Assembly (NCBI GenBank): GCA_964016885.1
Contig: OZ024763.1
Coordinates: forward strand, 20,708,001-20,772,000
Length of the DNA stretch: 64,000 nt
From: Eledone cirrhosa
Taxonomy: Eukaryota
Direction of reading: 5' to 3'
The position numbers and the translations under genes were made by a program. Position 1 is the stretch's first letter; each line of letters starts with the position of its first letter. The notes beneath the pieces were generated by a model. The model was given only the letters and a program-made list of their open reading frames with translations. It made no database searches and was not told the origin of the DNA. Shown piece by piece: positions 27,964-42,100 of this stretch.

Positions 27964-30900
27964 GTAAGAGAAAATTTTTTTATTAATTTGTTATTTTCAA
28001 GAAATTCTTGTCATAACTTACAGATTTACAGATATTTCTGGTTCCGCGGTAAACAATTTGGTATATAAGGAAGGAAGGAAAGTTTTAGAGATGTAGTAAA
28101 GATATGTTATGGTCTTCAAGAACTTGCTGTTTCCTCCTCTCATGTTTGCTGGTTGTTGTTGTTATGTTATATGAGATATGCAACATGGCTTAGAGTCTGC
28201 ATACATCTTTATTGTATTTTATTTTATTTTATTTTTTAATCTTTTAGCATTTACATTACTCTATATTTACTATTATATTTTCATGGTAAAGGCTTTACCT
28301 CACATAATATCGAATCTATGAGATTTTGATGTTATTTATTTTGAGAACAATACCTTAACATCAGTATGAGCGACCGGTTATAATATGTATATAAGCTTAT
28401 CAAATCAAACGCACATAATATCAAAATCTCATAGATTCGATATTATGTGAGGTAAATCCTTACTGTGAAAATATAATAGTAACTATAGAGTAATGTAAAT
28501 GCTAAAGAGTTATGGTATTGTTCTTAAAATATATATCATCAAAATCTTGTAGATTCAATATTATGTAAGAGAAAGCCTTTACTGCAAAAATACAAAGCTA
28601 AGGGGTTAAGGTGGGTTCATATCAAAAGGGTTACTATTCTGTTGGGCATGCATGTGTGTCTCAGACACAAATTCTTTCACCTGTAGTGAATATTAACTAA
28701 TATTGGTGAAAGTAAGCACAACCAGCCATCAAAAAGACCCTACCAAACAAAGGATTGGGAAGATTCTTCGGCTGTGTTGTTGGAGACAAAATATACTCTG
28801 GAGTGCAGGAATATATGTATGCAAAAATTGGGGCCCTACCCCAGCTCAGCCTATTTAAGAGGTTAGTAGGTCCTGTTAAGTATTTTCGAACCTTGATGGT
28901 AGGTTTCTTTCGTCAATACTCATCCTTTTCCATTTTTTAGAGGGTTTAAACCCCATTATCAGGCTAAAATTTTGTTGGTCAAAAACACAGCAAAGGCTTT
29001 TATTTCTACTAAATTTCAAACTGTGCTGTTTCAAAACAAACTTACTTGTCATATATTTTGGGTCTGAACTTACAAAAATAAGTAAGAAATATATATATTT
29101 GCCAAACAAAAGGTCAAGAGGACTCTTTAACAATCTCCCTAGTTTTAGTACCATGATAAAACACATGGTACACTCTGAAGAGTTTGGGTATGTATGTAAA
29201 TTAGCTGTGGCATCCCTGAGAGGCCAGTAGTTTTGGTTGAAATACTGACTTTGTCTGTGATGCCCCATCCAACCCTTACTAGCAGAGAAGACAGACATTA
29301 ACCATTTAGCATTTAACCTGTTGACTGCCACATATATTTTACACAGCTACAGTTGCTGTGCCTGTTTTTTTTTCCAGTAAAATGACTATTTTTAAAAGAT
29401 AAACATTTATTAAGAACACACATCTGAATGATTGACAAATGTCACATCAATAAACTAGTAACTCCATCTAGCTTTGAAGTTAAACCTCCTGTATACAGCC
29501 AGAATTCTCTTACCTCATTCTGTTCAAAACAGCTGTAACCAGCCACGCATACTGACATTAAGTTATTGTTCTCAAAATAAATAACATAAAAATCTCATAG
29601 ATTTGATATTATGTGAGGGAAATCCTTTACCACAAAAATATAATAGTATATATAGAGTAATGTAAATGTTATGTGAGGTAAAGCCTTTACCACAAAAATA
29701 GAATAGTATATTTAGAGTAAAGTAAATGCTAAAGGTTAAATGATGATGATGATGATTCCCAATACCGCCAAAGTTAAGTTCAATATCTCTTTTACTGTAA
29801 AATACTAAGAATCAGCAGCTCTAAATAATTTGTTTTGATTTTGCTGCAGTTAATCTGATTGATAATAATAAATGTTTGCTAAATTTTACATTCTAGGATG
29901 TTTTCAATATGCTGATGCATATGTGTGTGTGTGTGTGTGTGTGCATATACATATATTTAAGTGCACACACACACACATATACATAAATAAACACACACAC
30001 ACACACATACATAAACACACACACACACACACACATACATATTCAAACACACATATATATATATATACACACATATACAGACACATACAGTCTATTATTA
30101 CAGTTGATGTTTAACCCTTTAGCATTTAAACTGGCTGTAACCGGCTGCTCATACTGATATTAAGGTATTATTCTCAAAATAGATGATATTATAATCTCAT
30201 AGATTCGATATTATGTGGTAAAGCCTTTACCGTGAAAATATGATAGTAAATGTAGAGTATGTAAATGCTAAAGGGTTAAGCAGTGTGGTTTCTTTTTGTC
30301 TAAAATTACTATGTGCAAAACCCTTTTCTGTTTGAACAAAAAAATGAGGTTTAGGATAATATCTGAAATATTAGTCACTGTTAATTTTTTTTTTTTTCTG
30401 TGGATTATTTTATTTATTTTTTTTAAATAGTTACTTAATTTTAAGCTAAACTTAATTTTTTTTTCTCTCTCTAACTCTGCAAGCAGTGTGGGCACCCCGC
30501 CTTCCTCTCCAGGTTTTGGGAAATTTAAGCTAGCTGGTTATCGCTATGGCCGAGAAGAAATGTTGGCACTGTTTGTGCCTTCATGCAAAATACCTGAAGA
30601 TTTAAAACATTTTCCCCATATTTTGGTTGACAAACCTCAAGATCCTTTGGCTTACATACCTCTTACGGAAGAGGAACTGGTGAGTGGTTGGGTTTATATA
30701 TTTATTATTATTATTGTTGTCATTATTTCTGTTTTTGTTTTTTCATGTATATTTTTGGCTGCATATTTTGGCTAGCTCTCTTTGTTTTAGAGGCAAGAAA
30801 AAGCAATGTTGAAGTTCATGATGTCTTCCGAGCAGCAGCTGGCTTGATTTGAATAACCCTGGCGCATGGAGAGATCTTCTTTTTTGGCCACTTATTCCTG

Positions 30901-33900
30901 AGAGGGTCATGGAGGCAGAATCCTCAAACACTCCTTCCAGCAGGTGCTGTCAGAAGCAACCGTCCCTGACTGATCCAGCTGGATCCCCCAAGCGAGACCA
31001 GCCAAGCTCATGGATGTTATCCAACCATATTGTTTGCTCGCTGTCAACCCCTAGGTCTTCTACATGTTGGTTTTGCCCCTTAAAATTTGTCCAGGAGAGA
31101 TATCTTCTTCGCCCACTTATTCCTGATCTGGTTGGATCCCCAAAGTGAGACCAGCCAAGCTCATGGATGTTATCCAACCATATTGCTCAGGGTCTACCCC
31201 TGGGTCTCCTACCTGTTGGATTTACCTGTAAAACTCTGTCTAGGAGAGATGTTTTAGAAAATGTTTATAAAGCCAGGCACATCCCACAGTATGACTGACA
31301 CCATCTGCTTCCTTCAAGGCCATTCCCATCATCCAGCCCTTCTTCTACCATGGTGTGTTGTCTGTTGTGTCTCCTACCTATCTCCAAAGACTGCCATATA
31401 GCCTGCACCTCTCTCTCATTTAGACCAATACAGAAAGCCAGACACATCCCACAATATTACAGACACCATCTACTTGCTTCAAGGTCACTCTCTTGACCCC
31501 AATTGCCTGGCTAGTTTCATATAGCCTGCATACCTCTTCTTCACTCCAATCAATGCCTCCCTAGCCTGACCAAGGACACACCGAGCACTTAGTGTTGTAA
31601 TGAGGAAGTGCTGGTGCCATGACGAAAAGCACCCAGTCCTCCCTGTAAGATGGTAGTGTCGGAGTCCTGATAAAATACTCCCCCTCTCCTTTCACCCCTC
31701 CCTTCTTCCCTCTCTTACACCTTCCCCCTTTCTCCTGTCATTCTCTCCTTTCACACTCTCTTTCTGCCTTTCTTCCCATCTCTCCCTCCCTCTCTTATTT
31801 CAAGAGCAATAACAGGATGGGTTTCCAACAATAAAACATCAACACAACAGGTAAACTCCTTAACGAGACAGTAAAACATCCTCAGGTAACCGTGAATCAG
31901 GTAGTTTACCTGTTACCTGACTGAACGACTGCATAATAAAACAAAAGGACAGCATAAAAAAAAAGTATTAACCCTTTAGCATTTAAACCGGCTGTATCCG
32001 ACCAGAATTCTCTCATCTCTTTCTGTACAAACCAGCCGTAACCGGCTGCTCATACTTATGTTAAGGTAAATATAAAGTAATGTAAATACTAAAGGGTTAA
32101 ATATTTTTTCATATTTCTTTTTCTTCACTTGTTTTAACTGATGATGATGGTTGTGTGGCTTGTCTCTTTCCAGCGACTTATGTCCCAGTCAATGAACAGT
32201 TGTGTGGTTCTTCGATTGTCTGCGAGAGGAGGAAGCAGTGGAAGAGGCGGCAGAGGAGGAGGTGAACGAGGTCGAGGGAGAGGTAGGCTGTTTTGGCTAC
32301 ATTGCATTTCTTTTAGCTTTTAGAATACAAAAAAAAAAAAAAAAAATATCACCCGGTCCACTCTGCTAGATGGTCTTTTGGCCTGACTTATCTCAAAATG
32401 CGATGGTTCGTCTGACACCATGCAAGCGTAGAAAATGGACGTTAAACAATGACGATGATATATATATATATATATATATCATCGTCATCGTTTAACGTCC
32501 ATGTTCCACGCTTGCATGGGTTTGGACGGGAGTTTTCCCACTTGAGGCAAGAGTGGTTGTCTTGCTCGCATAGGACTGTCTGGCGGGTTTTCTACAGCCG
32601 GATGCCCTTCCTAACACCAACCACATTTACAGTGTGGGGCTGGGAGGTTTTTACCTTGTTGCCTACACGGCCACATTACAGCGTGGACTGTGTGTTTTTT
32701 TTGTCGTGACACCTACACGATCTCATTTGTTTCGGCCTGGATGTTGTGGCACCAACATAACTTTACATTGAAAGGGGCGGTGTGGATGGGGTGGGGGTGG
32801 TGGGACGGGGGTGTATTTTGTTAGAGATGCCTACTGACTGTAGTAGGTTTTACTTTGTATTTAGGTAAGGCGGGTCTTCTCTATTACTGAGTACCGCCAA
32901 AGGTCTCGGTCCAGTGACATTGTCTTGGAGAGGTGTAAGTGTGTGAGGTCGGAATTTATCAGCTCGTCCCAGGTTTTTCTGGGTCTGCCTACTCCGTGGC
33001 TACCGTCTATCTTTATTGCCCTGCACTTTGTTATACAGCTGTCGTCTTTCATGCGCATCATGTGACCATACCAACGTAGCCTTCTCTCGAGTAAACAACA
33101 TCTGATCCCTCTTATTTCTAATTTTTTCCTTAGTTCGTTTATGCTTTGCCGTTCACGTATATTACTATTACACATCCAGCGGAGCATGCAAGCTTCGTTC
33201 CTCTCCAGTCTGCGTATATCCTCTGCACACAATGCCCAGGTCTCACTGCCATGCAACATTGCTGTTCGTATGCAGGCATCATACAACCTGCCTTTCATTT
33301 TTAGGGAGAACCCTTTAGCGGCTAATAGTGGTATAAGCTCTCTGAACTTTTTCCATCCAGTTCTGACTCTAGTTACTGTACTTTCAGAGCACCCTCCCCC
33401 ACTGCTGATTTTGTCACCCAGGTAACGGAAGCTGTCCACTATTTCTATAGAACCCTCTGCGCAATTGAAAGAGCTAGTAATTTGTGGGCACTTGCTGCTA
33501 CTTATTGCACCAGAGCACCGGCCACATGTAAAATCTATGTTCTTAGTTAGCTTACCTGTGATCCCACTACATCTTTTATGCACCCATACTTTGCATTTGG
33601 GACATAAAATGGAGTTTCTACCTACGCCTTTCCTACACACTGAGCATGGCCATTTCCCGGAAGGGACCGGCGCCTTATTTTCTTTCCTACAAACTAGAAC
33701 TTTAGTCTTAGCCAGGTTAATTTTAAGGCCTTTTGATTCTCGGCCGTGCTTCCATGTTTGGAATTTCTTCTCTAGCTCGGCCATTGATTCAGCTATGAGC
33801 GTTAGATCATCTGCGTATAGGAGTTCCCATGGGCAGCCGGTCTTGAACTCCTCTGTTATAGCCTGAAGGGCAATAATAAATAGTAGGGGGCTAAGAACAG

Positions 33901-35917
33901 AGCCCTGATGGACACCAACTTTTACGCTAAACTCTTCACTATATTCGTTGTTAATTCTAACCTTGCTGACTGTTTCTTTATACATGGCTTGTATAGCTCT
34001 CACAAGCCATTCGTCAACACCTAGTTTTCTAAGAGCCCACCAGATAATGGAACGGGGGACTCTGTCGAAGGCTTTCTCCAAGTCGACAAAAGCTAAGTAT
34101 AGGGGTTTACTTTTAGCTAGGTACTTCTCCTGTAGTTGTCGTACAATGAAAAGAGCGTCTGTGGTACTTTTGCCTGACACAAACCCGAACTGCATTTCAT
34201 CTAGATCAATTCTCTCTCTGATTAGTTGCGCTATTACTTTTTCCGTGACCTTCATGACCTGGTCGATTAATTTAATGCCTCTATAGTTACTCCTATCTAG
34301 GGCATCTCCTTTACCCTTATAACAGTTAATGATGATGCTGCTACGCCAGTCCTTCGGAACAACCCCATTCTGTACGACTTGGTTTACTATCTGGGTGACC
34401 ATGGTGTGTCCCACCGTTCCAGAGGCTTTCAGCATCTCAGCAACTATTTCCGAAGGCCCAGCCGCCTTACCCGTCTTCATATCTTTGATTGCCTTACTTA
34501 TTATACTACCTTCAACTAACACTGCTGGTCCCTCTATTGGGTCGATGTGGGGGAGACTGTCTTTCTCCCATTTATTCTCCTCATTTAGTAGCCTTTCGTA
34601 GTGACACTTCCAAGCTACCTTCTTATCAGCATCGGTGATGGCAAGTATGCCATCATCATTAAGTACACACTTCTCCCCGACAATATCACGTTTTTGGTCC
34701 TTGCGTTGTAGAACATGCTTGAACTTTCTTTCCTCTGCTTCCCTTCTTGCGAAGTACACTTGTCTCCTAGCTTCCCTCCTGGCCACTTAATAGTCTTCTC
34801 TACTTCCCCCATCCCGCCATACTTTCCAAGCCTGATTTTTGGCCTTAATTGACCCCTCCACCTTACTGTTCCACCACCATGTTACTCTCCTCCTGCCTAC
34901 AGGCCTGCTCCAGCCACAGACTTCGTCTGCCGCCATCAGCAGGTTTGCTTTCAGGAATTCCCACTGTTCCTCTATATATATATATAAATGAAAGGTATAG
35001 AAAATATTGTAGCAAAAAGCCAACAGTATTCCATAATATATATAAGTATATATATATAGGGTGCGGACGATATTTGTTCGCAAGATTACTGTCTAGGAAA
35101 AAATAACACAGTAGTTTTATTTTTTAAGATTTATTTATCAAACTTGGGTCAGTTTGTCTTCATGACTTGTTCTTTCGATCTCACTCGATAAACCCTGCCA
35201 TTGGCTTTGATGACGGCCTCAAGGCGGCCTCGGAACCGGCTACAGGCCTTTGTCACTGTCCTCCCACTTAGGCCCCTAAAGGCACTTGTGATCCTGGCCT
35301 TCAGATCGTCTTTCGTATTGCAGCTAGATCTGTTGGTGTCTCGTTCCACTGCGCCTCACACAAAGAAGTCGAGGGGGTTGCAGTCAGGCCAGATGTCAGG
35401 TAAAGTGCGGTCGACGAAGTTCTCTGACAGCCAGGCTTGGGTCTTTCGGCTGGTATGGCAGTGTGCTGAGTCTTGCTACCACACGTACAGCCTACGTGCA
35501 GCTACCTGGTCGATCCAGGGCTTTACTACCTCGCTCAGAACGCGGATGTAGCCATCGGTGTTCAGCTTGAGGCCCTCAGGGAAGAACTTGGGCGTTCTGA
35601 AGGCGTCAGATCGTCGATCATGTGTTTTCCTCTCTGATGTTGCTTCGTAGTCGAATCCTGAATCTTCCAATTCCTTTCTGACCTTTTCCACCATTCTCCT
35701 GCTGAAATTTCCTTCTTTGTCCTCCCGGCGCGGATTCCAAGAACTCCGTGTCTCTTCCACAAATTTGGAGGTTCAAAATTATTCATAATCAATTATTCTG
35801 AAAATAAATAATGGAAATATAGTCACTGTTTTTATGAAGACAAGAGTGACAACGGAAGTAAAAAAAAATTTGCATAAAATTAGCAGTTGAAAGTTGCGAA
35901 CAAATATCGTCCGCACC

Positions 35918-35973
<56 letters not shown>

Positions 35974-38900
35974 GCATATATATATAATGAATCAAAACAT
36001 ATCAAATAGTTTAGAATTTTTTTTGTCAATAAGCAAGCTCAGTAGACAATATCTAGAGACATAATAACCAAATGAAAAAAAAATATATATATATATAGAG
36101 GGAGAGAAAGAGCCATATATCGTATAAGAAACGCAGCATATTGTATATTTTTAATTTCCACGTGTCTAACACACGTGGGCATGCCTACAAAGTCAGAAAA
36201 CAGCACAGCTCCCATGACTTTCGGAAACATTTTTTCACGCTCAGAGTTGCTGAAGCATGGAACAAACTACCTGCATCAGTTGTTAGCTGTCGAGACACTG
36301 GATCCTTTAAAATTTCCATGGAACAAACTACCTGCATCAGTTGTTAGCTGTGGAGACACTGCATCCTTTAAAACCTCCATGCTTCCTGAGATTCGCCAAC
36401 ACTACACCTAATGTTCCCCCTCCATACACATACACACATGTATATCATGACTCCTACACTATTCACTTCCCTGACATGTGTATATTATTCTATGTACTAT
36501 ACATGCACCTTTGACGAGTTGTAGTGCACCTGAGCACAATAATTTCATTATATTATATATATGCCAAATACATATTCTATAGAAAAATATGTACACAGGT
36601 AAAGTTGTAAGTAATTCCACCTGTGTACATATTCTTCTATAGAATATGTATTTGGTATATATACAATATACTGTGTTTCTTATATGATATATGGCTCTCT
36701 CTCTATATATATATACATATATCTTTTTCATTTGGTTATGTATATCATCATCATCGTTTAATGTCCATCTTCCATGGTAGTATAGGTTGGACAATTTTGT
36801 CCCACTTTAGGCAAGATTGGTCAGGAGACCTTGTCTCGCTAGTACAGAACAGTGTCTGGCGGGTTTTCTATGGCTGGGTGCCCTTCCTAACACCAACCAC
36901 ATTTACAGTGTGGACTGGGAGCCTTTTTACCGTGTCTCCTACATATATAAATAAATCAGAATGGATGCAGTAAAAACCAGTTAGACCATTACTCGATACT
37001 TGGGATAGTAGAGTGGTTAAAATGAAGGATTTGGGACCCGGACGGCTGAGCTCCAGGAATAAGTGGGTGAAGAAAAAGATCAAGAATTTGGAAGGATTTA
37101 GTAATATGACTTTCTTATTATTTAACTGGTACAGTGGATTAGCGGAGCTGTTAGATCGTTGGACAAATGTTTTGCAGTATTTGGTCCGGTTCTTTGGATT
37201 TTTGCCAATTTCTCAAACATAAAATAGTGGGGCTGGCTTATACTGAAGTATATACAGTAGGCGGTGAATTGGCAGAGTCGTTAAGACGTCAGATAGAATG
37301 GTTTACAGCAGGCATGTCAAACATGCGGCCCTTTACAAGTACACCTGTGTCTTGCGCAAAGGTTTTTACAGCACAAGCTGTAAGCCCAGTAAGACAACCT
37401 CTCTACTGCTGGTGGCACAAATAAAAGCACCCAGTCCATGCTGTAAAATGGAGGGGTAGAGAGGGCCCCTGAGTCCAGTAAGACTGCCTCTCTAGTGCTG
37501 GTGGCCCGAATAAAAGCACCCAGTCCATGCTGTAAAGTGGTGCTGGTGTTAGGAAGGGCATCCAACCAGTATATATTAATGCCAAAAATTATGAGCACAA
37601 CAAATGCCCGTCCCACCCTTGCAAGCAGGGAAAAGCGGACATAAAATGATGAAGCATGTTTTATCTGCGTAATATAAAATAAAAAAATTGTGGTAATGTG
37701 CGCAATTAGTTGTCGTGTGTGGCCCTTGGAGGACCCTTAGTTTGCCATGCCTGCTTTACGGTATTTGTCCCACCTCATTGCACCCTCTGAGTTCAAATCC
37801 TGTTGTGGTCAACTTTGCGTTTCATCCTCTCGAGATCAGTAAAAAAAAGTACCAGTCCAGTACTAAGGTCGATACTACCTCTATAGTAGAGGGTTGGGTT
37901 CCACCTGGTTTAAAAGTGCCCTAGACACACCATATGACGATGCCTCTACAAGGAGTTATGGGATCTTTATCCTTTTTATACAGTAATTACTATTTATTTA
38001 TTAGAAATTAAGTTTTATATTTATATTTTATTTGATTGTTTTTTATTTTTTATTTTTTATTTTTTTGTAGGTCGTGGTCGAGCGGAGGGCTTTGGTCAAA
38101 GACTATCATATGATGATGGTGAAACAAGTAGCTTTACCCGGAACAGAACTCGAGAAAACTGGGATGATAGGTAGGGTGAGATCTATTTTGGCTTGAAATA
38201 TCCGTTATTTTTGTTATAAGAGAAACAAAGTGGGAGGCAATGGTTTTAACCCTTTAGTTACCAAAAGCCCCTCTGGTCCTATGAAAGAAAATCACTGATT
38301 TTAAAGGTTTCCAATTTAAATTAAAATCTTTGAATATAAATTTATATAAGAACCTTACATTAAATTAATATTTTAGTAATGAAATAATTAATAATTTTAG
38401 TAAGTCCCTCCAAATTCTTCATTAATTAATTAAATAGTGTATTTCACACGAAATAAGTTATGAAAGGGTTAAAGAATATCTGTTTACATCTATTTTGATA
38501 CAGATGACACAGGATGAGAATAAAATGTTTGTATCAAGTGGGACTTACTTTTTATTTATAACAAGAAGAAGCATTTTTAACCCTGTAGCATTTAAACCAG
38601 TTGTATCAGGCCAGGATTCGCTCACCTCTTCCTGTTCCAACCAGCTGTTCATACTTATGTTAAGGTATTGTTCTCAAAATAAATAATATCAAAATCTCAT
38701 GAATTCGATATTATGTGAGATAAAGTGTTTACTGTGAAAATACGATAGTAAATATGGAGTAATGTAAATGCTAAAATATTAAACCAATTTTCCTGCTAAA
38801 GCAGGGGTTGGACCTCGTGACAGTCATCATATTCATCGTGGGATTCCTTTTTTTAAGTCATTGTTTTACGGCCAGATGCTCTTTCTCGTACCAGTCCATT

Positions 38901-39147
38901 TAGTTGCCTTTCATGTCTTAACAAATTGATAGGATTTCTCAGCCCCAAGAAGATTTTTAACCCTTTCGCATTTAAACCGGCCGTATCTGGCCAGAATTCT
39001 CTCACCTCTTTCAGTTCAAACTGGCTGTAACCATCCTCTGACTGACGTTAAGGTATTTTTCTTAAAATAAGTAATATCAAAATCTCATAGATTCAATATT
39101 ATGAGATAATTATGTGAGGTAAAGCCTTTACTACAAAAATACAATAG

Positions 39148-39178
<31 letters not shown>

Positions 39179-42100
39179 ATGTAAATGCTAATGGGTTAAC
39201 CTGGCCGTGTCAGGCCAGAATTCTCTCACCTCTTTCTGTTCAAACCAGCTGTAACTGGCCACTGGTACTGATGTTAAGGTATTCTCAAAATGAGTAATAT
39301 CAAAATCTCAAAGATTCAATATTATGTGAGATAAAGCCTTTACCGTGAAAATACAATCGTATATATAGAGTAATGTAAATGCTAAAGGGGTAAATAAGAA
39401 AACTGAATTTTGATGTCCTCTTTCCCAAATAAAAAAAAAATAGAAGTCCAACCTTGAATCATGAAATAATTATTAAGATTCTTATGTAACTCGCAGTTCA
39501 CAACTGTTTAGTTGAGATTTATTCCATTATACAGCGTGAGTTGTAAGTAACTGGACAGTCTTACATTTATATTTCAAATGATATTCATTAAAGTTCTGAT
39601 TATACATTACGGAATTATAAATATATCAAACAAAAATCTGAAAAATTAATAATTGGTGGGGGATGATTTATTCAAGACTTGAGAGTAGTTAAAATAAATG
39701 TAACCATGGCTGACCACACAAATAAGTGGATCTTGAAAATGTTATGTGAACCTGGCAATATGACGCATATGTTTGTGTGTGTGTATGTGCATAGGCATAC
39801 ATTTATATGTATGAGTATATAAATATAAACACACAAACACAGACACACTTACAGAAATGCACTCAGACATACATTCACACAAACACATACTGACACAGCG
39901 TGTTTTTTTTTTACCATCCCTTCCTTCCTTTTACACACACATACATTCACGCAGGCAGCAGACGTAAAGAGAGAGGAGTAGTATGAGGTAGTCAAACTAC
40001 TCCCTCTCCCTTTACGTGTTATGACAGAATCGCAGAAATTTATATATCGATCGACTGCCCAGTTACTTATGACTCACTCTGTATATTGAACAAAATACCT
40101 CTTCATACCATCGTTATTTGCCATTTTTAATGCGATCAATAATAGATAAATAATCTATAGGAAATGTAGTTTCCTTTTGTTCGCTCACAGACGGTACGAA
40201 CGTAGTTATTCAGCTAGAAGCTTTGAGGACAGTGCCCACCCAGCTAAAGAATATTCCAGATCGTTCAGCAATGAGAATTGGCGGGATAAAAAATCACTAG
40301 ATGACGATGAAGGGGTTTGGAGGAAAGCCTGCCCTCGAGAACGTTGGGGTAAGTACGATTATTAATTAGCTTTGTGTGTATATATACGTAGAATGGTGGT
40401 GAATTGGCAGAGTTGTTAGAACGTCAGATAGAATGCTTTGTGGTATTCATTCTGGCTGTCTGAGCTCTGCGTTCAAATCCCACCGAGGTCAACTTTGCCT
40501 TTCATCCTTTCGAGGTTAATTGAAAAAAAAAAAAAGTACCAAAAAAAAGTACTGGGGTCAATTCTTCCTCTATATCTCTTTCTCATTTCCTCTCTCTCAC
40601 TTTCTCTGTCATTCTCTGGAAGAAATCTCCTGGGAGAGGGTTGGGCTCCACCAGGCTTAAAATACCCAAGGAACGCTGTATGGTGCTCCTATGGTGCTCC
40701 TATGGTGCTCCTATGACTCCATCAGGAGTTATGGGTTTTAAGAAGAATTATACATAGAAGGCACTTGGTCTAGTGGTTAGAGCAGCGTTTCTCAACCAGT
40801 GTTCCCCGGAACCCTAGGATTCCGCAAGAACCAGTGATAAATAAACTAATGTATTTTAAAAAGTAATTTTTGTTTAATTTTATATTCGTAATTTTACTAT
40901 ACATTTATGGCATATTGTCGGAAAATCCTTGTTTATTTTAAGAAAGGCTTCAACCTCTTATATTACTTAAAACTAGGTCAATATAAGAGATAGATATTAA
41001 TAATGGTATATAATAATTTTTATGTAATGGTTCCCTCAGACATGAACCTATTTCAAAGGTTCCACAAGAGTAAAAAAGTTGAGAAACGCTGGGTTAGAGT
41101 GTTGGAATCACAATCTTAAGGTCTTGAGTTCAATACCCAGACAGTGTATTGCATTGTGGCTTTAAGCAAGACATTTTATTTCATGTTCCAATCCAATGAA
41201 CTGGGGAAAAAAATAAGTTGCTAGTTACGACACACATATAATGGAATGAAGAATAACACAGATCAGCTATACTGTAGGGTTTATTCCAAGTATTAACATG
41301 TTCCATTGGCTAGTGTGTAGTTGGATGCATCTTAAAATTGTTATCTGCAATGATGTTGTGACACTTGATTTTAAATACTGCTTATACCAGTCAAATTATC
41401 AAAATACTGGTTTTGGATCTGGTGATACAACGTATTTATACAGAGGTGTTTAGACACATATATATATATACATATACACACACACACACACCTATATATA
41501 TATATATATATATGGAGGCACATGGCTTAGTGGTTAGAGCATTAGCCTTGCAATCGAAAGGTTGTGAGTTCAATTCTCAGATCGGGTGATGTGTTGTTTC
41601 CTTGAGCAAGACACTTTATTTCACATTGCTCCAGTTTACTCAGCTGTAGAAATGAGATGATAGGGATTGGGGTCCCTATCATTCCACTGCAAAGTGGTCG
41701 TGGAGGTGCCACGGCAAAAAAGCAGCCAGCACTCACTGTAAATGAGGTTGGTGTTAGGAAGGGCATCCAGCTGTAGAAATCAAGCCAGAATCAGTTCCCG
41801 TATGAGCAAGACAAGGTCAGCCGACCGGACACTGCTCATAACAGGACAACCCATCTAACCCATGCTAGCATGGAAGAACGGATGTAAAACGGTGGTGATG
41901 ATGATGATATATATATATATATATCGTCATTATTATATAGATTGAAGGTGAGAGAGGGGAAGTGAGAAAGATATAGAGGAAGATTCGACCCCAGTACTGG
42001 TTCTTTGTTTTTATTAACCTCGAAAAGATGAAAGCCAAAGTCTGTAAAACTTGTACATGTTTTTACTTCCATGGTTTCAGGCATAGTGATGTGGTTAAGA

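Noticed and set aside
31846-31912. Short inverted repeat AACAGGTAAACT / AGTTTACCTGTT
   Set aside because: Only 12 bp, with no ribozyme core or TSD, so too little to assign a function.
33141-34601. Plus-strand ORFs overlapping the RTE
   Set aside because: Antisense shadows of the RT reading frame.
41514-41590. tRNA gene
   Set aside because: It has A and B boxes but no complete cloverleaf, and it continues into a SINE body present in many copies.
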